Positions 34,432-36,563 of a stretch of DNA of 36,563 bases are shown here, piece by piece. Position 1 is the stretch's first letter, and each line of letters begins with the position of its first letter. The translations under genes were made by a program, and so were the position numbers. Below the pieces are notes generated by a model. It made no database searches. It worked only from the letters and a program-made list of their open reading frames with translations, and was not told the DNA's origin. Origin of the DNA: Candidatus Omnitrophota bacterium (GTDB taxonomy: Bacteria; Omnitrophota; Gorgyraeia; JABMRG01); assembly GCA_013202935.1 (NCBI GenBank), contig JABMRG010000129.1:1-36563 (forward strand), given 5' to 3'.

Positions 34432-35892
34432 ATGCTCCAGACATATAACGGCCCGTTAGAAAAAATAGATGATTATCGATGGCGCATACCAAAATCTTCT
34501 ATGCCTGGTATGCGTGTAGATGGGCTTGTATATGCAAGTAACAAGCTTATCGACTCTATAAAGAATGATAAGGCACCACAACAAGTAGCAAACGTAGCTA
34601 CACTTCCCGGCATAGTAAAATACTCACTTGCTATGCCTGATATACACTGGGGTTATGGATTTTCAATAGGTGGTGTTGCTGCAACAGATATAGAAGCAGG
34701 TGGGGTAATATCACCTGGCGGCGTGGGCTATGATATAAACTGCGGTGTGCGATTAGTAAGGACCAACCTTACTGAGAAGGATGTAAAACCCAAGCTGAAA
34801 GATTTAACAGTTGCGCTTTATCGTAATATTCCTGCAGGCGTTGGCTCAAAAGGTGATATAAGGGTAGATGTTAAAGAGGAGAAAAAAATTCTTGTTAAAG
34901 GTGCGAGATGGGCTCTTTCAAGAGGCTATGCTACTGAAAGCGATATTGACCATACTGAAGAAAATGGCGCAATGGAAGGGGCAGACCCTTCAGCTGTATC
35001 TGAACGGGCGTATGAACGCGGGAAAAAACAGTCTGGAACGCTCGGCTCAGGAAACCATTTTATAGAAGTTCAGGTTATAGACGAGATTTATGATGAAGAA
35101 AAAGCCAGAGTATTTGGCCTTAAAAAGGATCAAATTACAATAATGATACATTCTGGCTCGCGCGGCCTTGGTTATCAGGTATGTGATGATTATGCAAAGT
35201 CCATGGTCTCTACTCTCTCAAAATATAATATCGATGTACCTGACAGACAACTTGCCTGTACGCCATTCAATTCAGAAGAAGGAAAAAGATATTTTGGGGC
35301 CATGAAATGTGCTGCAAACTATGCATGGAACAACAGGCAATGTCTTATGCACTTGACCAGGCTTACATTTGAGAGAATATTTGGCGAAAGCTGGGAGAGA
35401 TTAGGCATGTTTCTTGTATATGATGTTTGCCATAATATAGCGAAGCTTGAAAAGCATAATGTAGATGGCAAGGAGAAACTTTTATGTGTCCACAGAAAAG
35501 GCGCAACTCGTGCTTTTGCGCCAAACCACCCGGACCTTCCACAGGACTACAAGGCAACAGGCCAACCGATTATTATACCAGGTGATATGGGAACAAACTC
35601 ATATCTTCTAACAGGAACCCAGAAGGCTATGGATGAGACCTTTGGAAGCACATGCCATGGCGCAGGTAGATCTCTTTCCAGGAAGGCTGCTTTTCGCAAT
35701 TATACAGTAGGGCAGGTAAGGCAGGAATTAGAAGCAAAAGGCATATCTATTATGGCATCAGGCAAGGGTACTATAGTAGAAGAAGCCCCTGGCGCATATA
35801 AGGATGTTAATGAAGTAGTTGATGCGGTAGATGGAGCAGGTATATCAAAACGTGTATGCAGAATGAAACCCTTAGGAGTTCTTAAAGGATAG
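34432..35892 (+). CDS. rtcB: RNA-splicing ligase RtcB (3'-phosphate/5'-hydroxyl RNA ligase), long archaeal/eukaryal-type
   Basis: Contains LPGIV, AMPDIHWGYGFSIGGVAA, GYDINCGVR, GSGNHFIE, HSGSRGLG, HRKGAT and CHGAGR. Length is 486 aa. Confidence 0.93.
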   Translation: MLQTYNGPLEKIDDYRWRIPKSSMPGMRVDGLVYASNKLIDSIKNDKAPQQVANVATLPGIVKYSLAMPDIHWGYGFSIGGVAATDIEAGGVISPGGVGYDINCGVRLVRTNLTEKDVKPKLKDLTVALYRNIPAGVGSKGDIRVDVKEEKKILVKGARWALSRGYATESDIDHTEENGAMEGADPSAVSERAYERGKKQSGTLGSGNHFIEVQVIDEIYDEEKARVFGLKKDQITIMIHSGSRGLGYQVCDDYAKSMVSTLSKYNIDVPDRQLACTPFNSEEGKRYFGAMKCAANYAWNNRQCLMHLTRLTFERIFGESWERLGMFLVYDVCHNIAKLEKHNVDGKEKLLCVHRKGATRAFAPNHPDLPQDYKATGQPIIIPGDMGTNSYLLTGTQKAMDETFGSTCHGAGRSLSRKAAFRNYTVGQVRQELEAKGISIMASGKGTIVEEAPGAYKDVNEVVDAVDGAGISKRVCRMKPLGVLKG

Positions 35893-35901
35893 GGAGGATC
35901 T

Positions 35902-36563
35902 ATGCTCGATATTAGATTTATAAGAGAAAATCCAGATAAGGTAAAAAAGGCACTTTCAGACCGTGGAATAAGCCTAAATCTTGATGAGTTTCTTGAGCTT
36001 GATAGCAGACGAAGAAAGTTGCTGACTGAGGTCGATGCGCTTAAGAATAAGCGGAATAAGGAGTCAGATGATATAGCTAAACTTAAGAGAGAAAAGGGAG
36101 ATTTTCAGTCAAGATTAGCTGAGATGAAGTCGCTTTCCCAGAAAATAAAGGAAATAGACTCAAAAGTGGGTGAAATTGACCAAAAAATACGCAATATTGT
36201 TATTAGCATCCCAAATATACCCCATTCTAGCGTGCCAATTGGTCCAGATGCAAGGGCTAATAAGATGGTTAAAGAGTGGGGTAAAATGCCAAATTTTAGC
36301 TTTAACCCGTTGTCCCACATAGAGTTAGGAGAAAATCTCAAGATTCTAGATATCCAGGGCTCATCCAAGCTATCTGGTGCAGGATTCAGCCTTTTTATAG
36401 GAGATGGGGCTAAATTAGTAAGAGCACTTATGAGTTTTATGATAGATCTACATACCACAAAACATGGCTATAAAGAGGTATGGCCACCTGTATTGGTAAA
36501 TAGGGCAAGTATGACAACAACAGGACAGCTTCCCAAGCTTGAAGAGGATATGTATAGGTTAAA
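35902..36563 (+). CDS. serS: Seryl-tRNA synthetase, 5' partial (runs off the window end)
   Basis: Hand translation: MLDIRFIRENPDKVKKALSDRGISLNLDEFLELDSRRRKLLTEVDALKNKRN... This gives the coiled-coil tRNA-binding arm followed by ...SGAGFSLFIGDGAKLVRALMSFMIDLH...TTGQLPKLEEDMY. A GGGAGGA SD lies upstream. It is absent from the track because no stop codon is reached. Confidence 0.9.
   Translation, partial: MLDIRFIRENPDKVKKALSDRGISLNLDEFLELDSRRRKLLTEVDALKNKRNKESDDIAKLKREKGDFQSRLAEMKSLSQKIKEIDSKVGEIDQKIRNIVISIPNIPHSSVPIGPDARANKMVKEWGKMPNFSFNPLSHIELGENLKILDIQGSSKLSGAGFSLFIGDGAKLVRALMSFMIDLHTTKHGYKEVWPPVLVNRASMTTTGQLPKLEEDMYRL

Noticed and set aside
35893-35901. T-box riboswitch or leader upstream of serS
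   Set aside because: Only 9 nt separate the rtcB stop from the serS ATG, so there is no room for a leader. serS appears to be co-transcribed with rtcB.
36105-36458. 117-aa ORF on the - strand
   Set aside because: It lies antisense inside the serS coding region. serS is the real gene here but is missing from the track because it has no stop codon within the window.
1-36563. Prophage, integrative element, transposon or defence island
   Set aside because: No ORF in any frame shows integrase, transposase, recombinase, phage structural, restriction-modification, toxin-antitoxin or Cas motifs. The only mobile-element-like signals are the small non-coding repeats reported as findings.

Overview
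This is an AT-rich (by eye roughly 40% GC) bacterial chromosomal window. It is densely packed and almost entirely transcribed on the + strand; only lpxB and an oxidoreductase are on the - strand.

The content is overwhelmingly core housekeeping of a diderm, LPS-making organism:
- Zn-ADH and an LsrF/DhnA-type aldolase.
- hisG, a tiny bS22-like ORF, a TPR protein, and a split transketolase whose two halves are separated by an FtsH paralogue and a lipoprotein.
- ispE, spoVG, tRNA-Gln, clpX, glmU, prs, L25/ctc and pth.
- rpsF, ssb, rpsR, rplI and dnaB.
- bamA, skp, lpxD, an lpxC-fabZ fusion, lpxA and lpxI.
- nadE, then lpxB and a Gfo/Idh/MocA oxidoreductase on the - strand, then msbA.
- rpsB, tsf, pyrH, frr and tRNA-Lys.
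- archease, rtcB and a partial serS running off the window end.

I see no integrase, transposase, CRISPR array, restriction/toxin genes or obvious defence island, and I cannot honestly point to a clear novel multi-gene system.

The things worth a second look are local oddities:
1. An FtsH paralogue without a periplasmic domain, plus a translationally coupled lipoprotein, inserted between the transketolase subunit genes.
2. A SpoVG with an internal zinc-ribbon insertion and a 3 x 27-bp tandem-repeat tail.
3. A duplicated 3' end of tRNA-Lys (28-nt perfect direct repeat plus a diverged copy of its terminator) bracketing about 150-190 bp of hairpin-dense DNA. This looks like an integration scar or miniature element.
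4. A 245-bp lpxI-nadE spacer exactly bracketed by 11-nt inverted repeats, with internal copies of the same motif.
5. A roughly 156-nt element with about 30-nt imperfect terminal inverted repeats upstream of the ADH gene.
6. Two tiny, extremely basic ORFs flanking hisG, one resembling ribosomal protein bS22.
7. A bacterial archease-RtcB pair without rtcA/rtcR.

All functional calls come from reading motifs in the supplied translations. No database search was possible.
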